This document shows positions 40,337 through 47,863 of a stretch of 62,536 bases of DNA, one piece after another; position 1 is the first letter of the stretch; each line of letters begins with the position of its first letter. The translations under genes and the position numbers were made by a program. A model generated the notes under the pieces. The model saw only the letters and a list, made by a program, of their open reading frames with translations. It ran no database searches and was not told where the DNA came from. The DNA is from a virus (Duplodnaviria; Caudoviricetes): positions 1-62,536 of IMG/VR virus record IMGVR_UViG_3300036944_000366; one strand, 5' to 3'.

Positions 40337-40572
40337 AGTCCCAACTCCTTGAGTGCTGCTTGCAGTCCAGCCAAGCCACCGACACGCTGGTTGTTGATGA
40401 AGATTTGTGGCATCTGCCGGGCTTCGGGGTACGCCAAGATAAAGCTATTGCGCACAAAGTCGGGCCATGCTTCAACATCAATATCGGTGTACCCAATCCC
40501 CTTGTCGTCCAGCAGCCGCTTGGCTGTCACGCAGTTGGGGCATCCTGATTTTGTATATACAACAATGTTCAT
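40333..40572 (-). CDS. grx: Glutaredoxin
   Basis: VYTKSGCPNC...MPQIFIN...VGG. Confidence 0.92.
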   Translation of the reverse strand: MNIVVYTKSGCPNCVTAKRLLDDKGIGYTDIDVEAWPDFVRNSFILAYPEARQMPQIFINNQRVGGLAGLQAALKELGL

Positions 40573-40760
40573 GTGTTCTCCTTCAGGTATCTGTCTACCT
40601 TCCCTTGTTCAAACTTCGCATAATGTTGCGCCGCTTCCCAAAACCCAATCAATGAATCTTGGTTTATAAGCCACGCAAACATGCGTATCTCCGGTGTTAT
40701 TTCTGTTATGCCAGCTTCGGCGGCAAGTCGCTCTAAGTTTTCGTGCAGTCGGTTGGTCAT
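40569..40760 (-). CDS. Hypothetical protein (paralog of 40757..41116)
   Basis: RLAAEAGI..ITPEIR.FA. Confidence 0.7.
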   Translation of the reverse strand: MTNRLHENLERLAAEAGITEITPEIRMFAWLINQDSLIGFWEAAQHYAKFEQGKVDRYLKENT

Positions 40761-41116
40761 GTGTTCTTCTCCATTTCAGTTTTCAGCCTCGGGTAGTATC
40801 GCCCGACAGATACAAGCGTTGAGTTCGCGGTCTTCTCGTTGAAGCCGCATTCAAGGTGTTGCTTGATATTCAAGTGCGCCATGGCCAGCAAACCGTACAC
40901 CGCTGTAAGCTCTGCGTTGAGTTTTGATACGGCGAGTTCATGTTGCTTTTCGCGCATATCAGGCTCAGCAGCCGTCAGGTCTACCCCCTCATGCCCGGGC
41001 CACCCCACCAAATCTTGTCGCACAAGCACAGCAAAGCGCCGAATCTCAGGCGTCACATCTTTAATGCCAGCTTCGGCGGCAAGGCGGTCAAATTTTTCAA
41101 TCAGTCGTTCAGTCAT
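40757..41116 (-). CDS. Hypothetical protein (paralog of 40569..40760)
   Basis: RLAAEAGI..VTPEIR.FA. Confidence 0.7.
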   Translation of the reverse strand: MTERLIEKFDRLAAEAGIKDVTPEIRRFAVLVRQDLVGWPGHEGVDLTAAEPDMREKQHELAVSKLNAELTAVYGLLAMAHLNIKQHLECGFNEKTANSTLVSVGRYYPRLKTEMEKNT

Positions 41117-41790
41117 GCGTTCTTCTCCTTGAGTTTGGCTTCGATGGCTCGGGCGACTTCTGTAAAAGACAGCATTGCCGCACCAAGCGGAACACAGGCT
41201 TTTTCAATTTCCTCATCCGTCAGGTCTACCCATGTGCGCTGTGCGGGTGGGGTGGTGTAGCGCTCCAGCGCAGAAAACAGAGCGCCACCGTGATCCGCTT
41301 CAACGTCTCGGCCTTTGTAGCCCGGCAAAGAATCGCCATGAACTGCTCGTGCGCCTCTGGCATCGTTGTAGCCAAGGTCATATGCGCCACGGATCGCATC
41401 AAAAATCCGGCGTTTTGCCATTGCATGCAGCGCCACAGGCTCCTGCACAGGTGCTGCGGGTGGGGTGGTGTAGAGGGGTTCGACTTCTTTGTCTTTCTCG
41501 GGAGTCGGTGCAAAACACCCGAACAGTTCCCAATCACCCTTTCGTTTACTCATACCATCTGTGCCGTAGTGGTATCTAACACGCCACGCCACAGGCTCCT
41601 GCACAGATGCTGGCTGTGCGGGTGGGTGAAGCAGTGGCTCATTTGTAATGTGCTTGCGCCCATTCCTGTCTGTAATTATTCGTTCAGTCATGTGTTCTCC
41701 TTCAAGGGGGTACTTTGCGTCGTAGGTGCCTCGCTCTTTGGCTCTCTCGACCATGAACCGGAACAGGGCCTTGATTTCGTCTTTGCTCAT
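41113..41790 (-). CDS. Modular accessory protein with two variable modules; internal RBS and ATG at 41691
   Basis: Two QEPVA...TTPPA units; ends ARAIEAKLKEKNA. Confidence 0.7.
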   Translation of the reverse strand: MSKDEIKALFRFMVERAKERGTYDAKYPLEGEHMTERIITDRNGRKHITNEPLLHPPAQPASVQEPVAWRVRYHYGTDGMSKRKGDWELFGCFAPTPEKDKEVEPLYTTPPAAPVQEPVALHAMAKRRIFDAIRGAYDLGYNDARGARAVHGDSLPGYKGRDVEADHGGALFSALERYTTPPAQRTWVDLTDEEIEKACVPLGAAMLSFTEVARAIEAKLKEKNA

Positions 41791-41972
41791 GTGCCCTCCT
41801 TGGGTTCATCAAAATCAAACCACTCATGTATTTCGTTGAGCACCTCACGCACGATTGACTCGTTGATGTCTGCCGTGCTTGGCGCATCGTTGTGCTTGTA
41901 GGCCCTTGTGTGCCCAATAACTACTCCGTCAGTGATGCACTGCTCAAGCAACTGGGTAAATTTTGGTCTCAT
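41787..41972 (-). CDS. Hypothetical protein
   Basis: ATGA overlaps. Confidence 0.65.
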   Translation of the reverse strand: MRPKFTQLLEQCITDGVVIGHTRAYKHNDAPSTADINESIVREVLNEIHEWFDFDEPKEGT

Positions 41973-42199
41973 GTTTTCTCCTCAAGGGTTAGGCCCCACA
42001 CTTTGTACCCGGCGCAGTCGGTTGTGTGGAACAGTCCGTCTGTGCCAAGTGCGTTCTGGTGCAGTGCGTGTGCTGTTGGGTGTTTTTCATGGCAAGGAAA
42101 CCCGCCAGACTCTTTTATGGTTCCGTACATCTGCCGCACTAAATATCTGTGCAACTCAGGCGTCGTTGGTTTGCATGGGCACATCGTACATACCTTCAT
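41969..42199 (-). CDS. Small Cys/His metal-binding protein
   Basis: CTMCP...FPCH...CAG. Confidence 0.65.
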   Translation of the reverse strand: MKVCTMCPCKPTTPELHRYLVRQMYGTIKESGGFPCHEKHPTAHALHQNALGTDGLFHTTDCAGYKVWGLTLEEKT

Positions 42200-42606
42200 G
42201 TGTTCTTCTCCTTGAGTTTGGCTTCGATGGCTCGGGCAGCGTCTTCCCAAAATGGTTTACGCAATCCTTCAGCAACTTCTTCGTCCGTCAGCCCAACCCA
42301 TGTGCGCTGTGCTGCGTGTTGGGTGGTGTAAAGAGGCGTTGATGTAACTGGATAGCTCTTAGAAAAGTCCACCCCCGGTTTACCAAATGGGTGTTTTCGT
42401 TTTTGCGTGATCGAAACAATCCCTTTGCCGTTGGCCTTGATGCCTTCAGTGTTGTCCATTACGTGCATCCACGCCACAGGCTCTTGCACAGGTGCTGGCT
42501 GTGCTGGTGGGTTGTTTAGTGCAGCAATTGCGGCGTTCCACCCACGGTTGAACAACGTCACTTCCATAGAATCGCAATCGCGTTCTGGTTTTTTACTCGG
42601 CGTCAT
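42196..42606 (-). CDS. Modular accessory protein
   Basis: PAPVQEPVAW...PLYTT...QRTWVGLTDEE...ARAIEAKLKEKNT. Confidence 0.7.
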   Translation of the reverse strand: MTPSKKPERDCDSMEVTLFNRGWNAAIAALNNPPAQPAPVQEPVAWMHVMDNTEGIKANGKGIVSITQKRKHPFGKPGVDFSKSYPVTSTPLYTTQHAAQRTWVGLTDEEVAEGLRKPFWEDAARAIEAKLKEKNT

Positions 42607-42697
42607 TTTTGTCCCTTCCCCCGGCCATGTAGCCAACTATAAAAATGAAAATTGCCACAAAAAGAAAATAGGCGATACGGTCATCCGTGCAACTCAT
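42593..42697 (-). CDS. 34-aa single-TM peptide (not in ORF track)
   Basis: AAGGAG RBS and ATGA overlap; MSCTDDRIAYFLFVAIFIFIVGYMAGG... Confidence 0.5.
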   Translation of the reverse strand: MSCTDDRIAYFLFVAIFIFIVGYMAGGRDKNDAE

Positions 42698-43398
42698 GTG
42701 TTCTCCTTATTTTCTACAGACTGCATAGGTACTGCTGCGGGTGGGGTGGTGGCGATCCAGAAAGGTGGCTGTTTACCCTCCAGCAAATAACGCACTTCAG
42801 CCAGAACCAGATCAACATCAGTAGGGTCGGCGGGGATGCGGCGCGGCGCGTGTCCGTCCTGAATGCGTTGCTCTGCTGCCTTGATGCGGTCAATCAAACC
42901 ATCAGGCCACGCCACAGGCTCCTGCTGCGGTTGTGACTTTGTTCCCCTCAGTCTTAATCTCCCGGGGCCAGACGCAAGCGTGTATGCGTCTATGATTTGG
43001 CGCAGGGATGTGGTGGCATCAAGTTCGGCTTGCAAGTCAGGTGCTGCGGGTGGGGTGGTGTAGAGGGGCGTTGCGTCATCCCAGCATTTTGATTCGTAAT
43101 AGATGCGAATTCCGTCTTCATCCCTGTACCACGCCACAGGCTCCTGCACAGGTGCTGGCTGCGGATTGATGTCACCAGTTGCCATGTACCGATCAAGCTG
43201 CCCCTTTGTTACATCGCCATATTGCCGAAGGTGATAGACAGGCTCCTGCACAGGTGTTGAACGGGCTTGCTTAATGGCTGTGATGGCTTTGTCAACCTTT
43301 GCTTGACTGAAATATTGGTAGCTGCCTTCGCTTCCATATACCTGATCGCAAGACTCCAACGCCGCCAGCGCCAAGTCGAGTGCATCGTCTTTGGTCAT
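42694..43398 (-). CDS. Modular accessory protein with three QEPV modules
   Basis: MTKDDALDLALAALE...; three QEPV and two TTPPAA blocks. Confidence 0.72.
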   Translation of the reverse strand: MTKDDALDLALAALESCDQVYGSEGSYQYFSQAKVDKAITAIKQARSTPVQEPVYHLRQYGDVTKGQLDRYMATGDINPQPAPVQEPVAWYRDEDGIRIYYESKCWDDATPLYTTPPAAPDLQAELDATTSLRQIIDAYTLASGPGRLRLRGTKSQPQQEPVAWPDGLIDRIKAAEQRIQDGHAPRRIPADPTDVDLVLAEVRYLLEGKQPPFWIATTPPAAVPMQSVENKENT

Positions 43399-43628
43399 TT
43401 GGTTTCTCCTCTTGCTCGGATGGTGTCGCGCAAACTTATGCAAATGTCAGCGCCATCCCGGTCGTTATGGCAAACAAGAATGCCAGCCAATTCATCACAC
43501 AACTTTGCACACGCCTCACGCTCATCGGCACGAACAAGGGCTTCAAAACGTTTGAGGTGTTCCATGCTATCCCTTGAAGTGTTTACAAGCATTCCAGCTT
43601 CACGGGCCATCTTTATTGCGTCTCTCAT
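43395..43628 (-). CDS. Hypothetical protein, EREACAKxC...IRARG family
   Basis: Motif shared with 43762..43968. Confidence 0.7.
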   Translation of the reverse strand: MRDAIKMAREAGMLVNTSRDSMEHLKRFEALVRADEREACAKLCDELAGILVCHNDRDGADICISLRDTIRARGETK

Positions 43629-43765
43629 TTCTTCTCCCTCAAGCATGAGCATGTATACCCACTTGAGTCGTAGCCCAAACCCAAGCAGTAAGGACAATGC
43701 TCGTCCACGACAGCGCGTGGCACAGGGGCGAACCAGCGCTTGATCCAGTTGATGATGGCCGTCAT
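43625..43765 (-). CDS. 46-aa Zn-finger peptide (not in ORF track)
   Basis: HCPYCLGLGYDSSGYTCSC; ATGA overlaps at both ends. Confidence 0.6.
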   Translation of the reverse strand: MTAIINWIKRWFAPVPRAVVDEHCPYCLGLGYDSSGYTCSCLREKK

Positions 43766-43968
43766 GCTTGCCCCCTTGCGCGGATGGCGTCAGCAAGATC
43801 AGCCGGATGCGTGGACTTGTCAGCGGCATCGCACACCTTTGCGCACTCCTCGCGCTCCGCTTGTATGGCCCTTTGCCATGTGCGCAGGAACACGCTCAAC
43901 TCTTCAGGGGTTGGCTCCCCCAACATCTCGCTGATCTCCAGCCAAGTGACTTTCATTTCTTCGTTCAT
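43762..43968 (-). CDS. Hypothetical protein, EREECAKxC...IRARG family
   Basis: Motif shared with 43395..43628. Confidence 0.7.
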   Translation of the reverse strand: MNEEMKVTWLEISEMLGEPTPEELSVFLRTWQRAIQAEREECAKVCDAADKSTHPADLADAIRARGQA

Positions 43969-43969
43969 G

Positions 43970-44569
43970 TCACGCTCCGAAAATGTTGCGCAGTTCTGAG
44001 TACACAGCCATTGCTTGACGCACCGTGAGCTTGTCGATGACATCGCTAGTCTCCCAAGGCCTCTCTACTGGCGTGGTGTGCAGCGCTGTGGTCATTTGCG
44101 TTGCTGGCAACGAAGCAATACCCATACGTGGCACAGGGGGAATGACTTCCCCGGTGCGGGTGTTGACTATCGTGACTCTCTTGCGCTCGGGCATGGGTGC
44201 GGGGGCTTGCTGGACTTTCTTGGTCGAGGATGCTTTGATCGGTGTGTACTCGTTGGCGTTGGCGTACAGCAGTTTGTTGGTCTCCCTCAGCATCCCTTGC
44301 CGCAGCATTTGCCCAAGCAGTGAGGACACGGACTTGTTGTTGAACCCTTGCTTGGCCAACTCTTTGCCCACCTCTGTGCGTGTCATGGCGGGGTTGTTGC
44401 GCACGAAGTCGAACGTAACGCGAGTCACGTTGTTGGTGGTCTGAAAGTATTGTTTGGGCACGGCTTGCTCCTTGGGTGGTTGAATTGTTTGCTGGGCTTC
44501 ATCATCTGCGGCCCATGCGTTGACTGTTTGTGCAAGCGCTTTCTCCAGCGCGGTCTTGATGTCTGGCAT
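43970..44569 (-). CDS. Hypothetical protein, possible winged helix
   Basis: TFDFVRNNPAMTRTEV...SVSSLLGQMLRQG. Confidence 0.7.
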   Translation of the reverse strand: MPDIKTALEKALAQTVNAWAADDEAQQTIQPPKEQAVPKQYFQTTNNVTRVTFDFVRNNPAMTRTEVGKELAKQGFNNKSVSSLLGQMLRQGMLRETNKLLYANANEYTPIKASSTKKVQQAPAPMPERKRVTIVNTRTGEVIPPVPRMGIASLPATQMTTALHTTPVERPWETSDVIDKLTVRQAMAVYSELRNIFGA

Positions 44570-44584
44570 TGCTTTCTCCTTTGG

Positions 44585-44776
44585 TTACTTTAAGCGGCGA
44601 ATAAACGGTGCGAATGGTGGTTCCTCTACTACCGGGGGTGGAGGCGGCGTAGCACGGCCCTCAGAGGGCGGCGTCCAGCCATACTTGCGCCATGTGGCTT
44701 GCACATCTGCGCCTGACGTCCACTTGAAGTCGGGATGACCTACCGGAACGAACGGTACTGTTTTGATTTCACTCAT
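44585..44776 (-). CDS. Small Pro-rich hypothetical protein
   Basis: Strong RBS; DVQATWRKYGWTPPSE. Confidence 0.7.
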   Translation of the reverse strand: MSEIKTVPFVPVGHPDFKWTSGADVQATWRKYGWTPPSEGRATPPPPPVVEEPPFAPFIRRLK

Positions 44777-44796
44777 AGTTTTCTCCTTGGGTTTTC

Positions 44797-45984
44797 TCAG
44801 TTGCCTTTGACGCAGAGCACTTGCTTGAGCGTGTGCACCACTTCAACGAGATCGGTTTGGTTGGCCATCACTTGGTCGATGTCTTTGTACGATGCGGGGA
44901 TTTCGTCGATGACTCCTTCATCTTTGCGGCATTCAACTCCCTCTGTTTGAGCAATGAGGTCAGTAAGGGAGAAGCGGCGCTTGGCTTCGGCTCTCGACAT
45001 AACTCGTCCTGCACCATGCGAACAAGAGCAGTAGGAGCTAACATCACCTTTGCCTCGGACGATGTAAGACCGCTGTCCCATACTTCCCGGAATAATTCCA
45101 AGATCGCCTTCTCGGGCACGGATTGCCCCTTTGCGTGTGACCCACATGTTGCGTCCGAAGTGGTGTTCTTTTTCGACATAGTTGTGGTGGCAGTTGATTG
45201 CTTCCTGTGTGATGGTGAACGCAGGCATCATCCCGCGCATCGCTTCGATAACTTGAATCATCATGCGGCGGCGGTTCTCAAGCGCGTAGTTCTGCGCCCA
45301 TCCCACTGCGTACATGTATGCGTCAAAGTCGTCTGTGTCCTCGGGGAAGTACGCGAGGTTGTCATCGGGCAACGTGATAAAGAACTGCTCCATCTGGCGC
45401 TTGGCCTTGGCGATGTAGTGTGTGCCGATCATGTTGCCGATGCCGCGTGATCCGGAGTGAAGCATGATCCACACATCTTGGCTCTCGTCGATGCACACCT
45501 CAATGAAGTGGTTGCCTGACCCGAGTGAGCCGATCTGTGATGCGGCCTTGGCGTGGAACTTGTCGTAGTCGCCTTTGTACAGCGGCTCAACAACGGTGCG
45601 CAAAAGCTCGGGAGTCACGCTTCCAATGTCTGTGCTGTCATCGTGCGCACCCCCCACACCTAGAGGCACACGGCGCTCGATCTCGTCACGCAAAGGCTTG
45701 AGATTGTCGGGCAGATCACTGGCCTTCAGAGACAGGCGCACAGCGTTCATGCCGCACCCAATATCGACACCCACAGCGGCGGGGATAACGGCCTTCTCCG
45801 TGGCAATGACCGTGCCCACAGTCGAGCCGATGCCAGCGTGAACGTCAGGCATACAGGCCACGCCATTGGCGTTGATGAATGGTAGCCGCGCCAAGTTCTT
45901 GAGTTGCGTCAAAGCGGAGGCTTCGACGTCGTCCGTCCATACTTTGATGGGGCGTGCGCCCTCATCTTGCATTACTTGTTTCAT
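44797..45984 (-). CDS. rtcB: RtcB RNA ligase
   Basis: MPDVHAG, GVDIGCG, GSLGSGNHFIE, LHSGSRG, HHNY, TRKGA, PGSMG, SHGAGR, DEIPASYK. Confidence 0.96.
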   Translation of the reverse strand: MKQVMQDEGARPIKVWTDDVEASALTQLKNLARLPFINANGVACMPDVHAGIGSTVGTVIATEKAVIPAAVGVDIGCGMNAVRLSLKASDLPDNLKPLRDEIERRVPLGVGGAHDDSTDIGSVTPELLRTVVEPLYKGDYDKFHAKAASQIGSLGSGNHFIEVCIDESQDVWIMLHSGSRGIGNMIGTHYIAKAKRQMEQFFITLPDDNLAYFPEDTDDFDAYMYAVGWAQNYALENRRRMMIQVIEAMRGMMPAFTITQEAINCHHNYVEKEHHFGRNMWVTRKGAIRAREGDLGIIPGSMGQRSYIVRGKGDVSSYCSCSHGAGRVMSRAEAKRRFSLTDLIAQTEGVECRKDEGVIDEIPASYKDIDQVMANQTDLVEVVHTLKQVLCVKGN

Positions 45985-46006
45985 AGTTTTCTCCTTGGAA
46001 TGGTGA

Positions 46007-46240
46007 TTATTTGTCGAGCGTTAGACATTTGTCAACACCAATTTGCAATTCTTTTTTAAGTTCTGCAATCTGGTAGTCGAGGCTTCGCCTCTTGCGCCAT
46101 GCTTGGTCTTCGTTTTGCAGGTCAGACGGGCAGTTACGCACAGCGTGAGCCGGTCTTGCGTAGCGGTTGCAATCAGCGATGGCTTCGTCCAGTTTGGCTT
46201 GCAAGTCAGAAAGAGTTTGTTGATAGGGAAGTCCGGTCAT
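46007..46240 (-). CDS. Hypothetical protein
   Basis: AAGGAG RBS, ATGA overlap. Confidence 0.6.
   Translation of the reverse strand: MTGLPYQQTLSDLQAKLDEAIADCNRYARPAHAVRNCPSDLQNEDQAWRKRRSLDYQIAELKKELQIGVDKCLTLDK
46012..46027. promoter_or_regulatory. Imperfect palindrome upstream of rtcB, putative operator
   Basis: TGTCGAGCGTTAGACA; matches 33483-33498. Confidence 0.55.
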
Positions 46241-46608
46241 GTCAGCTCCTTGGGCACAGCAACGTCATCGCCCAGCTTGCTGGCGACATAACAGCGCATC
46301 GCAGCGATCAGGTAAGTCGGGCCGTGTTGAATGTGCGTACACCCTCTGTCACAAGCCATCCATTCAAGCCCAGCAACGGGCGATCCCTCGGATACAGTGA
46401 TGGCTTCACGCTCAATAATCGGCCCACCTTGCGCCCAGTTGGTTGAAGGAGAAAAGGTGACGCCAATATCTTGCAAGCCCTGCGATTCGTAGACCCGCTT
46501 TGTTAGTGGATTGAAACAAGGGGAGCCATATCTGTATCGCAGGTTATCGTATATACACTTTGCCACCGCCCAATCAAGGGCGGCACCTGTCAATTCTGAT
46601 GTTTTCAT
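46237..46608 (-). CDS. DUF2591 / NinX-like phage protein
   Basis: ELTGAALDWAVAK...SPSTNWAQGGPIIERE...GPTYLIAAMRC. Confidence 0.8.
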   Translation of the reverse strand: MKTSELTGAALDWAVAKCIYDNLRYRYGSPCFNPLTKRVYESQGLQDIGVTFSPSTNWAQGGPIIEREAITVSEGSPVAGLEWMACDRGCTHIQHGPTYLIAAMRCYVASKLGDDVAVPKELT

Positions 46609-46610
46609 AG

Positions 46611-46736
46611 TCACTCCAAGTAAAGGTACACGGCCATGAAGATGGCCAACAGTAGGAAGATCACGCGCTCTGCTTTGTCGCTGACGATCTCGATGTGGGT
46701 GGGGATGCCCCTTGCGGGGCCTGTGTATCGTTTCAT
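46611..46736 (-). CDS. 41-aa peptide with C-terminal TM (not in ORF track)
   Basis: Strong RBS AAGGAG; ...VIFLLLAIFMAVYLYLE. Confidence 0.6.
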   Translation of the reverse strand: MKRYTGPARGIPTHIEIVSDKAERVIFLLLAIFMAVYLYLE

Positions 46737-46755
46737 GCTTTCTCCTTGGGTTAAC

Positions 46756-47850
46756 TTATGCGGCGTAAGAGTGGTCAAAGATCGTTGCAAGCACGGCCGT
46801 GGGGTCGTACGTTGCGCTGTTCTTGAGCGCCTCGGTAAGCACAGCCTCGTTGATCTTGTTGCGGTCGATCAGGCGCTCGGCCATCTCTGGGTCTTCGGGC
46901 CACACGGACTCACACATCAGCTCGATGAGCCACTGCTTACTGCCAGCCTGTGCGTCATACAGCGCCTCTTGCAACTCGATGGTGTACGAGTCGTAGTCGT
47001 AGTCGTCATCGCTGAGGTGATGCCATGCAGAGTTGACACCCGTCAAGGCCGAGGTGTACCACGATGAGTAGTCGATGTGCTCGACCACCGCAGGGTCACG
47101 GTCAGTAGGCAGGCTGTCCCAGTCGATGAGCGCCACACGATCCGCCAGTGCTTGGAAGTGGACGATGTCGAGCGACTCCTTGTCGCTGTGCTCAGAGTAG
47201 TAACCCACGCTGATGTTGGTGCACTCGGGTATGACCTCGATGAACTCGGCCGTGTCTGTGTACACACCTGAGTTGTCGGGCAGGTACATCAGGGTATCGT
47301 CGGCGTTGAGCGCGGCGCTGAGAGCATCGGCAAACGCATCGGAACAGCAACGCCCACGACCTTGGTGCGTGATGACACTGTCGATACCCCTGCGGTCAAA
47401 GGCAATAGCGCGGTCGAACTCAGAGAGAAGTTCTCCCTGTGTCTTGGCGATGTGTGTCGCACCGATACCGCCGCACTCCTCGCCTTGCGTGAAGATGTAG
47501 TAGGCATCAACGCCAGCGTGTAGCAGGTGCATGAGCATCGCCACACCCGCGCCATCGTCAGCACCCAGCGCGGCACCGTCAGCGTACCAGTGCGTGCTGG
47601 TCTGCTTGATCTTGTTGGGGCCTTCCTTGCGGTGCACAGTATCGACGTGCGCAACGAACAGCGTCCGGTTGGTGTCGCTGATGCGTGTGTCAACGTGCAG
47701 GTTACCTGCCGCATCGCGGTGCGTCTTGGCATACAACGGCGCACGTTCTTCCAGCCAGTCAGTCAGGCGCTTGGTTCCCTCGCTGTCATGTGGGCGCATC
47801 ATTGAGAGCGCACGGGCAAGGGTCTTGTACAGGATGGTTGATTTGTTCAT
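46756..47850 (-). CDS. M28/M20-clan zinc peptidase
   Basis: AHVDTVH, LGADDGAG, GEECG, FDRRG, YTDT, NISVGY..EH. Confidence 0.85.
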   Translation of the reverse strand: MNKSTILYKTLARALSMMRPHDSEGTKRLTDWLEERAPLYAKTHRDAAGNLHVDTRISDTNRTLFVAHVDTVHRKEGPNKIKQTSTHWYADGAALGADDGAGVAMLMHLLHAGVDAYYIFTQGEECGGIGATHIAKTQGELLSEFDRAIAFDRRGIDSVITHQGRGRCCSDAFADALSAALNADDTLMYLPDNSGVYTDTAEFIEVIPECTNISVGYYSEHSDKESLDIVHFQALADRVALIDWDSLPTDRDPAVVEHIDYSSWYTSALTGVNSAWHHLSDDDYDYDSYTIELQEALYDAQAGSKQWLIELMCESVWPEDPEMAERLIDRNKINEAVLTEALKNSATYDPTAVLATIFDHSYAA

Positions 47851-47863
47851 GGATGTTTCTCCT

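Noticed and set aside
39968-43398. Repeats as a CRISPR array, shufflon or DGR
   Set aside because: Spacing is irregular, the repeats are in-frame coding and all direct, and no cas, invertase or reverse transcriptase gene is visible.
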